A stretch of DNA of 64,000 nt from Camelus dromedarius. Its lineage: Eukaryota. Each line of letters opens with the position of its first letter. The stretch's first letter is position 1. The stretch spans positions 24,182,001-24,246,000 of the forward strand of contig NC_087437.1 of the NCBI RefSeq assembly GCF_036321535.1, in the 5' to 3' direction. The notes under the pieces are model-generated. The model saw only the letters and a program-made list of their open reading frames with translations, was not told the DNA's origin and did not search any database. The translations under genes and the position numbers were made by a program. Below, piece by piece: positions 12,961 to 25,890 of this stretch.

Positions 12961-14889
12961 CCATACACAGGCACTTTCATATCAAATTTATCTGAGAGCA
13001 AAAGCAAACATACACACTGTCATTTCTATTCTTTAACTCTGGTGTCTTTATATTTTGTTCTACTACCCTACTTGGGAGAAAAATATGGATACTTGGCCAC
13101 TGGTCCTGGAACCAAATCAATAGTCCCTTTTAACCAGGTCTTCTATTATTCAGGAAATACCATTAATTTATATTTATGTTTGGGAAACTATTGTGTCAGT
13201 TGTGGAATTAAAATAATCCAAAATTGTTATCACTAGTGATGTTTTTCTTTGCATGGTAATGTGTCTGATACCTGCGATATGATGTTCCTAGTAGAAAGAA
13301 CTGGGGGAAACATAAAAAGAAATACAAACTGTAGAACTTTAGTTTTTGGTCTTCCTAAGGAAGAAGATTCTTTCCTCCTCACAGACATGAGATGCCAAGT
13401 ATCTAATTTATATAGCGTCATTTAAATGTCAGATAGAAAAACAAATGGCCAAATACGAGTGAACATCAAGCTAACTGTACCCAGGTCAGAAGTCAATGCT
13501 CAGTAAAGACTCCTTCACCCTCTTCTGTGAAGAGGCCACACCCCTACACTACCCACCAGCCATTTTCAAATGAATACCTTTAGCTAAGCTGTTGATTGGG
13601 CAAAAAGTGTCCTGACTACAGGAAAAATGTCTCACCAGTATTGTATTTGATTCATGCCTGTGTTGAATTATATCATAATTTAAGTGAAAAACACTATGTT
13701 TTGAAAAAGAGCCTTGAAGGACAACTGGTGGTTTTGATATATCCAGCTGCTATATTATAGCTATGCTTTAGTGAATGTTTAATTACTTTATCAGTTTTCT
13801 ATCAGTAAACTTTTGCGCCCTTAGCATCAAAAGCACATCTTTGCCTCACACCGCTGACCTCCCCCCAAAAGGAAAAAATAAACAAACAAACAAAAAACCT
13901 CTCAACTTTTTACAATAAAGCAGAAAGCATTTACACACAGAGCTAAACTGAGGATGGAAACGTACAGTGATTTCAGTTTAACTCAACGAAAAGAATCTCT
14001 CACATTTCTGGTGCATGTTCTGAAGCTCAGTTTTTTCAGCTTCCTTTTAAATGAGTAAAGGGAGAGATGACTGAGCCTGGGGAATATAACGTGCCAAGAA
14101 GTGCTCCCCTAAAGCACCGCCTTTGCCTCTCAGACCCGTTCGTCTTTCCTAAGAGCTGAAATATCATGGAAAATACGGCATAGTAGGATTCTGTCCCTTT
14201 CATTCTCATTGTAAAACCATTGTGATTAAATATAGTTTTATTGTCTCTTAATAAATTAATTATCTTTTAACTTATCCTACAGCACATAGACTTAAAGTTA
14301 ATCTGAAGTAAATTCTTCTCCTTGGAAAAGGACGGATTCATTTATTGTGAAAGATGATTTATTCACCAACAATAATTGCAATATTATTTTTTTACCCTCA
14401 ATAGAAAGCATAGTCATCAGCCAACCATTTATTTACTTTTCATTTTTTATTAAATTCATACAAGTTCATTAGGTGAAAATTGATTTTTGTCTCCCTTTTT
14501 GTTGAACTAATACTCTTCCATACCTTCAACACAAGGATCAAATGTGCAACTTCTTCTGTGTGTGAATAACATCTCCAGAAATATCCTCTTAAGTATGTTT
14601 TCCACAAAAAAACAACAAAATACTGTTCTTCATTCTATATTTAGGTCACTCTTCATGTAACAGCAATGGACGCTGACAGTACAACTGAGAAAAATCAACA
14701 TGGGGCAATTCTGAACAACTTTTTGAGAGTTAGTAACTGTAATTTAGATCACCATGTTATTCCATATTTTATTTTTAGACTTACACATATTACATGTATA
14801 TTTTTACATATGAATGCATGAATATATAAACAAAAAATTGAAAATGCTACACTTGTTTTGTCTGTAGCAATCTGGTACTACCCTAACAG

Positions 14890-15530
14890 TGTTATACAGG
14901 AACAAATCCAGAGATGGTTATAGCTAATGAGCTATGTATATGTGCCCAGCATACAAACAGACTTCCTACTGCAAGAATAACAAGATAGGTAGAAAGCAGG
15001 ACTCTTGTCTCCCATTACAGAAGACAGAGAGAGGACATTTTCATATGGAAGGGGCAGGATAGTCGTTAGCTAATCAGACACTCCCTCCCAGAGTTTCAGA
15101 CCTTGAGAGAGTGAGATCAAAAGTACAGGGTCCATAAGTTCATTTGTGTCATTTTTTTAGGTTCCACCTGTAAGTGATATCATATGATATCACAACATTG
15201 TAAATCAATCGTACTTCAATTAAAAAAAAAGAAATCCATGTAAATAAAAATACTAACAGAGAAATCTGAAAAAAAAAAAAAAAAACAAAAACACAGGGCT
15301 CAGCGGAGATTACTTCTGGTGGATATGGTGAAGTAGCGTATCAGCTAAAGTCAGAGATGACAGAGTTTCAGGCTGTGGTACGTTCTAAGTTGACAAGTGT
15401 TAAGGTCTTGGCCTTCCTACCTAAGCCTGGTTTTCCACCCTTCCCTTCTATTCCACGACGTGTCCTTCCAGAATTTTCCTTTTCTGCTGAGTTAGCCAAA
15501 GTGGTTTCTGCCACTTACATCCAGGAATTC
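14890..15530 (+). mobile_element. Old ERVL-type LTR remnant, interrupted by a small L1 piece
   Basis: 3' end 'gctgagttagccaaagtggtttctgccacttacatccagga' resembles ERVL LTR ends; family uncertain. Confidence 0.4.
15136..15230. mobile_element. Very short inverted LINE-1 3' insertion (antisense 3'UTR piece joined to sense tail)
   Basis: 'agttcatttgtgtcattttttaggttccacctgtaagtgatatcatatg' (antisense L1) followed by 'cacaacattgtaaatcaatcgtacttcaattaaaaaaaaa' (sense L1 end). Confidence 0.75.
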
Positions 15531-16214
15531 CACTCATACAGTCCCTCATCTTCATATGCTTTGGCATTCACTCATGATAGCTTAGGCTTGGCATGGACAA
15601 ACTCAGGCCTTAAGTGTTTTATCCTTTTAGAACCAGAACCCACAAAAGAGGAAATGCAGTTAACATTACTTATAGAAACACATTGTATAAATATTTGCTT
15701 TGAAAAGTGAAACTGCAGATATTTGATTATTTTTGATATTCAAGAGTGATTTTGGATGGTTCAACTAACAATAAGAATAGCTTCTTGAATTCAGTAGACA
15801 CCTTCTATGACACATTTTCTTCTTAGGAATTACAGAAGAATTATTTTTTTCCACATTAATATTCTTATCTGCCAGGAGTTACTGGATTTCTGTGGTTACC
15901 TATAAAATATCAGAATGTTATCTGGACTCCAGAAGGAGGCTTTCATGATTAGAAAGGAAATAAATTCTGACTATGATTTATTAGAGAGAATCATGAGGTA
16001 GTTTATTTTGGAAAAAAATGTGTGTGCATATGTAACTCACATATCAAACACGCCTTCCCATGAGATCACTAATTTTAGAATATGGTGTTAACTAGCATAT
16101 TTTCTTTAAAGAGACTCCTAGGAATGTCTGATATAAAAAATGGAACAACTCAAAAAAAAAAAAACAGAATACCTGGGAAATATTTAATTGTTATTAATGT
16201 TCAAAATCAAAATG

Positions 16215-16445
16215 GCTAATATTTATTGGATTCCCCTACTATGTCTAGGCACTACATTATGCTCTTTGTAGGTATTTTAACATCTTATTTAATCTTCAGA
16301 GCAAATCTATCAAAAATGTATTAACATCATGCTTGTTTAACAAATGAGATATTAAATCTTGAAAAGGTCAAATAATCTCCTAAAGAACATGGAGTAAAAA
16401 GCAACACAGCTAAGACAATAACTAGGTGTGTCTGACTCTTAAAAG
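16215..16445 (-). mobile_element. MIR SINE
   Basis: 'gctaatatttattg...ctactatgtctaggcac...tttaatcttca...aacaaatgagatatt...gtgtgtctgactc'. Confidence 0.7.
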
Positions 16446-16673
16446 TCAATCTTACTAACACTTTTATTAATTTAACAGACTTCCTGAATAGTACTGCTAA
16501 TTACCGAATAAAGGGCAAACACAAAACACATTAAGTGTCCAACAGGATGGAAATACTTTAATTTTCTTTCAGTCCTTTGACAATGGTAGTGCTCTCTATC
16601 AGGGAAAGTGTCCTTTCATCCTTGGCACCTACCTTTTCTTCTGTACTAGTAAGGAGAAGATTATTCTGGCACT

Positions 16674-17029
16674 TGTTAAAGATGTTAAGGAAGACTTTAT
16701 TCAAGGGGGACTTTGCAGGAAGGGAGAGGAGAAATACCTCCAAATACAGCAGGGACAAGCTGGGGTTTATTGCCAAGATGCAGGTTGGGTGGAGGGCTTT
16801 GGACAGAAAATTATGAAAGGGAGACATCAGGTGTGGGGATTCTTGCTAACCTAACTCAACAGAATTCTTGCTGAAGGCAGGCAAGAGTGATCAGATTGGA
16901 GGATTCTGTCTAAACCTACTTAGCAGGATTCTTGGGCAATGCAAAGCCTGACCTGGAAGTCCATTGGTCAAGGGCCAGTCCAGCGAATGGCTCAGAGGAG
17001 CTTGACTACAGTTTGGTCAGGATCTGTCA
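16674..17029 (-). mobile_element. ERV1 LTR (MER31/MER67-like), 3' LTR
   Basis: Minus strand starts TGACAGATCCTGACCAAACTGTAGTCAAGCTCCTCTGAGCC, carries repeated CAAGAATCC motifs and AATAAA, and ends ...AACA. Confidence 0.75.
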
Positions 17030-17400
17030 GTCCCTCCTTCGGTTCAAGGAAAGAAGAGACGTTCTTCCTTCCTTTGAATAACATATGTCCATTTTCTCTT
17101 TCAGTTGCCTTTTGTTCATTAAGGACCAGCTGAACCTTTTGTTGAGACTTGGTGGTAGAGAATACTTGATGAATGGTACAAGCAGTCAGGCATTTAATGA
17201 GGGGAATTTCTATGAAAATTAAAAAAAAAAAATGAATAGTTGGAAACCCAGTTTCTGAATCTAGAGAGCAGCCAATTGAGATTTCTAGATACTGAACTCA
17301 GAGTATCTTTAGATGGTGGAGTGAGGACGGCAGTCTTCTGGATGGCTTATCTGTGGCAGTCCACCTGTGCTGCCTTGCCAGCACCTGCTAAATGCAGGGC
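17030..17400 (-). mobile_element. ERV1 internal 3' remnant adjoining the LTR
   Basis: Purine tract GAAGGAGGGAC immediately precedes the LTR TG on the minus strand (PPT-like). Confidence 0.5.
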
Positions 17401-18689
17401 AGGTCACCTGGGTATTATCCCTATTACTAATTTATATGCTTCACGTTTGAGAGAGGAAGGCCGAGAGAGGGAAGTAGAAAGATAAGAGACAGATTTTTAT
17501 ATAACATAAACCACTGTCCTGTTCCACGTAATGACAACATATCAATTACTTTATGGCTCTTACACCTCTAGGTTCTGCCCTCCAGTCCACACAGTCCAAT
17601 AACACAAGATACCAAAAAAAAAAAGAAGGAAAAGAAAGAAAGAAAATTCCAGTCAACCCTTTATTAATGAAACCAACACTGGCCACCTTGAAACAAATAA
17701 ACTAGTTCAGGACCAGGTTACATTTGTCAACTTCTTACCTAGGCTACTGGTGGCTTCCAGAGCGTTTAACAATGTATAGCTCAGGAAAGCTTAGGATGAG
17801 GGAAAATATCATGTGATAATCTGAGTTGCTTTCCTTTTTTGGCCAACTGCTTAGAGACTCAGCATTCTCACCTTCCAGCCATAGTCCCAACTTTGGAGTT
17901 CAAATTTGCAGCCACAAAACAGTAGGCATTTGTCCTAAAAATGTTTCTAATTGTCTAGTCGGTTAATTACTCGCAAAATATTTTAACCAAAATATGTTCA
18001 TATGTATAGATACACCTTTATCATCATGTATAAAACGTCGCTACTAATTAAGGATTGTGTTGAGATTGTAGTGGCTCCCTAATAATCCACAGCCTTTAGC
18101 AATTCCAAATCTGCACTAGCTCTTTTAGAGGGCAGGGAAAGTGTGGTGGAGAAGTATAAAGGAAGAATGCTAAGATGTACCATTAAACTCATTCCTGTTA
18201 TTCACCTGTAAGTGTCACAATATAAGCTTTAAAAATATATTGTTAAAGAGGTTTCCATGGTACAGAATGACAGTCTACTTGGACATAAATTAGTGGTCTC
18301 ATTCACTAGCTGTTGGAAGCATCTCCAAAAATTAAAAAAAAAAAAAAAAAACAATTCTCTTCTAGGAAGATTGTTTTGGTATTGTCTCAATTTCCTTCTT
18401 TGTGTATGAGAAGAGTTGAGAGTGCATAATAATGAAAGCATACTGTGACAACAATTCAAGTGGCTGCTTAGAACCTTATTCTACTTCTTAGATCATCAGA
18501 AATAATTTCACATAACTTTTCCTTCTTCTTCTGTTTTTGGTTTGGTTTGGTTTGGTGTTTTTGCCCTCCTGCTTGCAACATAAACCTTTTGCATTTCAGG
18601 TCATGCTTAGCAAGTTTCTCCTCTTCAGTGTGTGCCTAAACATGGCAGATTCTGAGCAGAGCAGTCATAGGACCCCTCACTAATATTTT

Positions 18690-19250
18690 TAAAGTAGCAC
18701 TCTGCAGCATTGGGAATAATGATGGGATCGTAGACTATCTGGGAGACTAATGCAGTAAGTCAGGCAAAAGATGACAGTGGTTTGAGCCATGGTGATAGAA
18801 GAACTTGTGGTGAATAATTAGCAGGTTCTGAAAATGTTTTGAAAGTGAAAACACAGATTTTCCTGATGGATTTAATATAAAGTATGAATAAAAGAGAACC
18901 ATTTAAAAGGACTCTAAGGTTAAGGAAGGGTGGATTTTCCATCAACTGAGGCCAGAAAAATTGTGGGAAGGAAGCAAGTGTGAGAGGAAAGTTCAGAAGT
19001 TCATTTTTTAGAAACAACGAGTTTGAGATGTCTATCATCTATCCAAGCGGAGATGCCTAGGGGACAACTGAAGATATATAATGTGGGAATTGTTGGCACA
19101 GAGATGAATATATATATAAAACCTATGAGTCTGGATGAGATCACAGGGGATGTGAATACTGATAGAAGAAAGTGAATTACTGAGCTCTAAGGTAACATTA
19201 AGAGGTAGAAAGAGGAGGAAACAAAGTCCAGCTAGGAAACTAGAAGCCAC
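18690..19250 (-). mobile_element. LINE-2 fragment
   Basis: 'gatgacagtggtttgagccatggtg', 'gagtttgagatgtct...catctatccaagcggagatg', 'ggatgagatcac'. Confidence 0.75.
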
Positions 19251-19259
19251 TAGAGTATT

Positions 19260-19907
19260 TTTGAATAGAGATATAATATGGGAATGAGTTTATATACTTT
19301 TGTGAAAGAATGGAAGAACAGAAAAAGAGGAAGACATTGTTTCCCAAAGACTAGGTTCTACAGAATACGTTAAGGCTTCTACAATAGCAAGAGCTTGTCT
19401 GGACCACAGTGCCCTCTGTGGCTGCTTCAGGAGGCCCCGTCATCTGTTGGATGTTACCCTACATTTGATCTTAGCCAAAAGGCCGAGAAGCAATGTTGGA
19501 TGTTACCATTGAGGGGCCAATGCTCACAACAGCTGTCAATGCCAGAACTCCAGAGCTATGGCAGAAACCTGCAGCGGCTTTCATGAGTCCAGAGGCTCCC
19601 ATTGCTACCACTGACTTGCTGCATTTGGAACTCTGGCACGGCTGCTGGAACCACCTGTGCTTCTGCAGGAGCCCAGTAACTCACCAACTGCTGCCAGAAG
19701 AGACTAGGTAGAAACTATTTCTACCTGCTGACAGCCTTCTCATCTGGTGCCGGGTCTCCATTAGAAGGAGACAACCAGAACCAAGTTAGCAGGGGAGTAT
19801 ATGAAACGTAGTCTTCATTTGCAGTCTTCAGCCTGATAGTGCAAAGGAGACTGCAGAAGAGAGAACAGCATGATAGGGTCGAGTGCGAACTGATGAAGTC
19901 TGGTAAC
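19260..19907 (-). mobile_element. MaLR (MLT1-type) LTR
   Basis: Adjoins a MaLR-internal-like 3' end ('cccaaccttttgatcacttagcatccataca'); boundaries approximate. Confidence 0.55.
19459..19494 (-). pseudogene. RNU2: 3'-truncated U2 snRNA retropseudogene (U2 nt 1-36)
   Basis: Minus strand ATTGCTTCTCGGCCTTTTGGCTAAGATCAAATGTAG matches U2 ATCGCTTCTCGGCCTTTTGGCTAAGATCAAGTGTAG at 34/36; flanked by direct repeat gttggatgttacc (19446-19458, 19495-19507). Confidence 0.95.
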
Positions 19908-21710
19908 TCCCAACCTTTTGATCACTTAGCATCCATACAGTTTCCTGCTGTATTTAATCTTTTGCATAGTAACAATAATGCAACATCATATTCCTACTAG
20001 TATGATGCAACTATTCTTTATATAAATGATGACATTTTTATCCGCCCCCCCAAAGTAGAAGAATAGTTCTATCAGTCATCATAACTATTTTGGGAGAGTT
20101 AATTCTTCTTTTATTTCAGTTATAATTTCATCCTCAACATTCTTTACTTAAAACAATGAGGAAAAGGAAATATGGAGATATATACATTTATGTACATTCC
20201 ACATATATATAAAAAGTAAGGCAGATATATATATATATACATATATATGTGTATCTATGTGTATGTGAGTGTGTGTGTGTTTGTGTATATATACATATAT
20301 ATAGTGTGTGTGTATATATATATATATTATGTGTGTGTGTGTGTGTATATATCTATCTATCTATTTATATATATCTCAGAACAACAAGGAAAGTAATTGG
20401 TCACAAGATGGTGTTTGACATTTACTAATTCCTTCTTGCCACTATCCATTCCTTTAACCTCACCTGGCCAGGATTTGCCACAGTTTAAGATGGCCTAACA
20501 ACCTAAATGTTTATTTCTGAAGATCTAATCGCTAAGTAATCCTCCCTTTACTGTTCACTATTGTCTTCTATTAAGTTTACTACTGAATATTAAAATACTT
20601 AGGGAGATCCCAGATAATCCATTGGGTCCTACACAGAACTCTCCCTTAATAACTGGCATCTACCACAACAGAATAGAGTAGCTTCTTTGCCTTTTGGCAT
20701 GAAGACTCCCACATGGTCAGGTAGCTATTCACAATATCCATTTTCAAAACTTATTTTTTGTCCCTTTTTGGAATTATTTCTCCTTTTGAACTAACATTTT
20801 TAAACTAACCAAGCCCAAAGCCTTCAGACAGGAAGCAAAAACTTGACAAGTGAGACACCAAGTTTATGAGAGAGAAGACATTCTTACTTCTGTCTGCTAA
20901 ATCCTAAACCTGTATATACAGGTCATGGAAGATTGCTGGTCCAAACATGCAGTGCATTTTGTAGGACAGTACCCAGATTTGCAAGATTTGTTCTTCAGGT
21001 CTCAGTCAGCCTTCAGCAAGTTAGTTCATTGTTCCATTGTTCTGCAAGGCCACCTGCTTCTAGTGGGGTATATTGTAAGAGCAGTGACTCTCTTGGGTAT
21101 GAGCTCATTGCTTTTTCCACTAAATGAGTTCCTTAGACAGAAACATTATCTGGAATAGCATAATAGATATTAAGACCTTTCGTAAGTCCATAGATGGCAG
21201 TGTTAGCAAAAGTAAAGCACATAGGAAAAGAAAAAAATTTAAGGATAATAAATATCCAGCCCTGTGAGGATCCCTCCATGATGGAGGTGTCCAATGAGTC
21301 ACTTTGCTATCAGATGGACAGATGGTCCCCTGGAGTTCAGATTATGTCATACGTGGAATTGTGCTTTGGCCTTTGCTGATGGCAAACTGGACACCGTTAG
21401 TGGCACTTGCCAGAAAAGTTTTGTTGAATGGGAATATTTGTTGCTGAGCCCATTCATAACATCCTTTCATGAAGCCATGGTCACTCTGGACATGAATCCA
21501 TTGGTCATATACTGGGATTACCAGAGAAAGAAAAGTCAACTCAACATTCACAGAGTGGATCCTTGTCTCCACTGGAAGATTCTTCTCTAAAGTGAGTGAA
21601 ATCATGAAATACAAACATCCTAATATACCCTTTCTAACATACTTATGCATATGATATGTCTCTCTCAATAATTGTTCCATCTTGTTTTTTTAAGTCCCTT
21701 ACCATCCATC
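19908..21710 (-). mobile_element. ERVL/MaLR internal region with decayed integrase (pol) sequence
   Basis: Minus-strand translation QWIHVQSDHG...YEWAQQ...LASAT, then a frameshift to CPVCHQQRP...PGD..., then PPSWR; collinear with the ERVL integrase HHCC domain (WAHEQSGHG...WAQQ...LATAT.ECPICQQQRP...PLPSWK). Confidence 0.85.
20225..20375. repeat. Compound (TA)n/(TG)n/(TCTA)n microsatellite
   Basis: Direct reading. Confidence 0.9.
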
Positions 21711-21759
21711 TAGATGAGAGAAATGAAGAAGAATATAGTTTAGAGAAATATGCTTTATT

Positions 21760-22350
21760 TTTTCCACAAACAATTTTTGATTACTTGTGCCTGGCACTTT
21801 CCTGGGTGTTAATATTCTGGTGAACATGCTGAGCAAAAGAGATCTTGTTCTCAAGGAGCTTGCAGTTTAGGAGCTAATACACTAATCAAATAACTGCAGA
21901 ATATTCCCAAATCCTCGTTAAGTTCTATAAACAGAAAGAACATTAGAGAAGTTATAGAAGCATGCAGCAGATCTAGTATGGTGCGTCAGGGGTAATTTTT
22001 CTCAAAGTTGTATTTGAACTGAAATATAAAGCTGTACTCTGCATGAGTTAATGAAACAAAAAAAAAAGCAGAGGGGGAGGAAAGGAAGAATATATTTCCA
22101 GACAGAGAATGTTTAAAGACACTGATGTGTTTCAAGCATCTGAAAGAAGGCCAACATGCCTGGAGTGCATGGACTGAGAGCAAGAGTGGTTTGAGATGAT
22201 GCTGGAGATGTGAGATGCGGGAACCAGCTTATGTAGGACTTTGAAGAAGAGATGAAGAATTGGGGTCTTCAAACGCAACAAAGGGAAACCTTTGAAGAAA
22301 CAAAAAAGAGATATAATGATATTTTAAAGAAATATCTCTGACTTTAATAT
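21760..22350 (-). mobile_element. LINE-2 fragment
   Basis: 'gttctcaaggagcttgcagtttag', 'gtcaggggtaattttctc...tttgaactga', 'gaaggccaacatgcctggagtg'. Confidence 0.7.
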
Positions 22351-22664
22351 AGAGAAAAGATTAAAAGATTAAGAGAGAAAAGGAGAAGATGATCAGTGGA
22401 TGAAATATCGTCCTAAGTACTGTAATTCAGCCATATTTAGGCTAAGTGGACTTTGGGGTGTTGACTTTGGAAGTCAATTGATGCTTAAAACATTGGATAT
22501 GGAAAAAACTGTTCTTCATTCTACTTCACAACTCAAGTATGTAGGGGCCTCTATTTCCGAAGGAGTAGTCACTGCTCTATAGCTCTTCTCTGCCCACAAC
22601 CCATTTAATATTTACATGTAAGGCTGATAAGGCTGCACACACACTTATGATATGGAAAGTGGAG

Positions 22665-22900
22665 GTAGGGTGGCTAAGAAAGGCATGGACTTTAGACAAA
22701 GAGTAACTTGATTTAGAATATCAGATTCATCCTTTGTTAACTATGTAACCTTCTATAAATAATCTCTTCAGGACGTAGGTTTTTTAGCTTGAAATATTGT
22801 TTGGCTTGAAATGTGTGGAATAACACCTAGTCCAAAGGGTCACTGCGAGCATGAATGGGAGATAGTGGACACACAACAACTAGCACAGACTGAAACTCAT
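22665..22900 (+). mobile_element. MIR SINE
   Basis: 'gtggctaagaaaggcatggactttaga...ctatgtaaccttc...ataacacct'. Confidence 0.55.
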
Positions 22901-24307
22901 AGAAGGCCACCCTTCACTAAAGTAAACTGAAAGTCTTGTGATAGGATCTTCAGGTCTATTAATATTCCTTCCATATAAGAGTATCATTACAATTGATTGT
23001 ATATATTTTGCCCATCATTTCATTTTCATGCAGTTTCCATTGTTCAAATTCTATCATGAACAGAGCAAAGAAGGAACTAGATATTTTCACTCTTCTAATT
23101 AAACTAAAACATCTAGGATACGGGAATTATGTTGGATAAGAGTTCAGTAATTACTGGTTAATTCAGGTGTTCATAAAAATTAAAACCACTTAATCTACAA
23201 AAATGTCTTTATTATTGTTAAATTTAGGAGTCTTGAAATTACAGGATTTTTTTTCTTCTCCAAATAGCCAGTGATGCCCTTTTTATCGTCTTCATCAGAA
23301 AAAGAAATAAAGGAAATCATAGAGTCTTATATAAGTCATTCTATGGGAAGTGTTTTATGTATTTGTCCCATCTTTTCCTCTATGGATTATTGTATACATT
23401 TTACACCGAAGGATACCAAGGAAGTTCATAAAAGTTTAAGTCTATGGCCCAATGACATTGAATCAGTAAAACAGAATTCCAACAAGGACCAATCATCTTT
23501 ACTCTCTTCTGCCTACCTGGTTGCCCTGAGATCCCTTTGTTTTCTCTCTCTCTCTCTCTGAGGCTGACTCAGTTCTCCTAGGAAATGAGAACATGACAAG
23601 GATAAGAGCTATTCCGTAAACCAATGGCTTTCTTAATATCATGAAATCCTCAATAAAACTCAATAGCAAACAGGAACTCAGTATCATAAATAGTATATAT
23701 AAATTTTAAAAGAAAGCAAACAGTAATTTTTCTTTCTCACTTCTTTCTTCTTCCATCTATTCATCTCCAGAGAAATTGCCCTCATAAGGTCCTACTGGAA
23801 AGTGTTTAAAGTGTGGTGTCTGAATATCTGCTAGCCAAGCAGTAGGAATAATGTATATGATGCTTTTATGACAAGCGTGTTTCCCTTGGCTGTCGTTTAA
23901 AACCACATATGAGTTAGTTATTGTAGAATGTACTAATAGCAGACTCCTTTTCTTGCCATTTGGGAAAATGTGACATTTTCCAGATGTTAAGCCAAATCCA
24001 CTCTAATTAAGCTGTATATGCTTATTAAAAATACAAAGTAAAGTGGTTTAAACCAAAAATTACTTGTAATCCAGTGTGGAAGAGAGTTCATCTTCATAAT
24101 TTTGACAGTAATCTGAGGCTTGATTAAAGTATTATTCCCTGCAACTTACAAATTTTAGTAAAGATGGTAACATTCCAAAACCTGTCTATACATGTTTTGC
24201 ATCTGTCGTGGAGGGATATCTTTTTAAATTGTGGTAAATCAACTTGAAATCAACTTTAAAATGTTGATTATGTATATGAGATTATAAGAGGTATAAAACA
24301 GAGAGGG

Positions 24308-25890
24308 AGATCTATTTTTAGTCTTTTGAGGACTCTCCATACTGTTTTCCATAACGGCTGCACCAAACTATGTTCCCACCAACATTGTAGGAGGCTTCCC
24401 TTTTCTCCACACCTTCTCCAGCATTTATTGTTTGTAGACTTCTGAATGATGGTCATTCTGACTGGTATGAGGGGATACCTCGTTGTAGTTTTGATTTGCA
24501 TTTCTCTGATAATTAACAATATTGAGCATTTTTTCATGTGCCTGTTGGCCATTTGTATGTCTTCATTGGAGAGTTGCTTGTTTAGGTCTTCTGCCCATTT
24601 TTGGATTGGATTGTTTTTTGTTGTTGTCGTTGTTACTGTTATTAAGTTGTATGAGCTGTTTATATATCTGGAAATTAAGCCTTTGTCAGTCACATCATTT
24701 GCAAATATTTTCTTCCATTCAGTAGATTGTCTTTTTGTTTTGCCTATGGTTTCCTTTGCTGTGCAAAAGCTTATAAGTTTAATTAGGTCCCACTTGTTTG
24801 TTTTTGCTTTTATTTCTATTGCCTGTGTAGACAGCTCTAGGAGAACACTACTGAGATTTATGTCAGATATTTCGGCTATGTTTTCTTCTAAGAGTTTTAT
24901 AGTGTCTTGTCTTATGTTTAAGTCTTTAAGCCATTTTGAGTTTATTTTTGTGTATGGTGTGATGGAGTGTTCTAACTTCATTGATTTACATGCTGCTGTC
25001 CCGTTTTCCCAACACCATTTGCTGAAGAGATTGTCTTTATTCCATCATATGTTCTTGCCTCTTTTGTCAAAGATTAATTGACCAAAAGTTTGTGGATTTA
25101 TTTCTGGGCTCTCTGTTCTATTCCATTGATCCATATGTCTGTTTTTGTATCAGTACCATGCTGTTTAGATTACTGTAGCTCTGTAGTATTGTCTGAAGCC
25201 TGGGAGGGTTATTCCAGCTTTGTTCTTTTTCTCCAGGGTCTTTTGTGATTACCATATGATCCAGCAATCCCATTCTTGGACATATGTCCAGAGGGAACCT
25301 TAATTCAAAAAGATGCGTGCATCCCAGTGTTCATAGTAGCACTATTTACAATAGCCAAGACATGGAAATGACCTAAATGTCCATCAACAGATGACTGGAT
25401 AAAGAAGTTATGGTATATTATACAATGGAATACTACTCAGCCATAAACAATAATAAAAGAATACCATTTGCTGCAACATGGATGGACCTGGAAATTGTCA
25501 TTCTAAGTGGAATAAGCCAGAAAGAGAAAAAAAATACCATATGATATCACTTATATGTAGAACATAAGAAAAAAAAGTCAAATGGACTTATTTGTAAAAC
25601 AGAAACAGACTCTCAGACATAGAGAACAAACTTGTGGTTATCAGAGGGAGTGAAGGGAGAGTTAGAGATTTGCAGATACTGATATATACAGAGAGAGAAT
25701 AGATTAAGAACAAGTTTATACTGTATAGCACAGGGAACTATATTCGATATCTTGTAGTAACTTACGGTGAAAAATGATGTGAAAACGAATATATGTATGT
25801 TCATGTATGACTGAAGCATTATGCTGTACTTTGGAAATTGCCACAACACTGACTGACTGACTGTAAACTGACTCTACTTCAATAAAAATA
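24308..25890. mobile_element. Young LINE-1 insertion with twin-priming 5' inversion (24308-25248 antisense ORF2; 25249-25890 sense ORF2 end and 3'UTR)
   Basis: Minus-strand ORF 24268..24981 is L1 ORF2 C-terminal ([17 protein letters not shown]...KWDLIKL.SFCTAKE...); the sense half continues 'ttaccatatgatccagcaatccc' exactly where the inverted half starts. Confidence 0.95.

Noticed and set aside
24446..25081. 211-aa plus-strand ORF
   Set aside because: Antisense shadow of L1 ORF2; not a gene.
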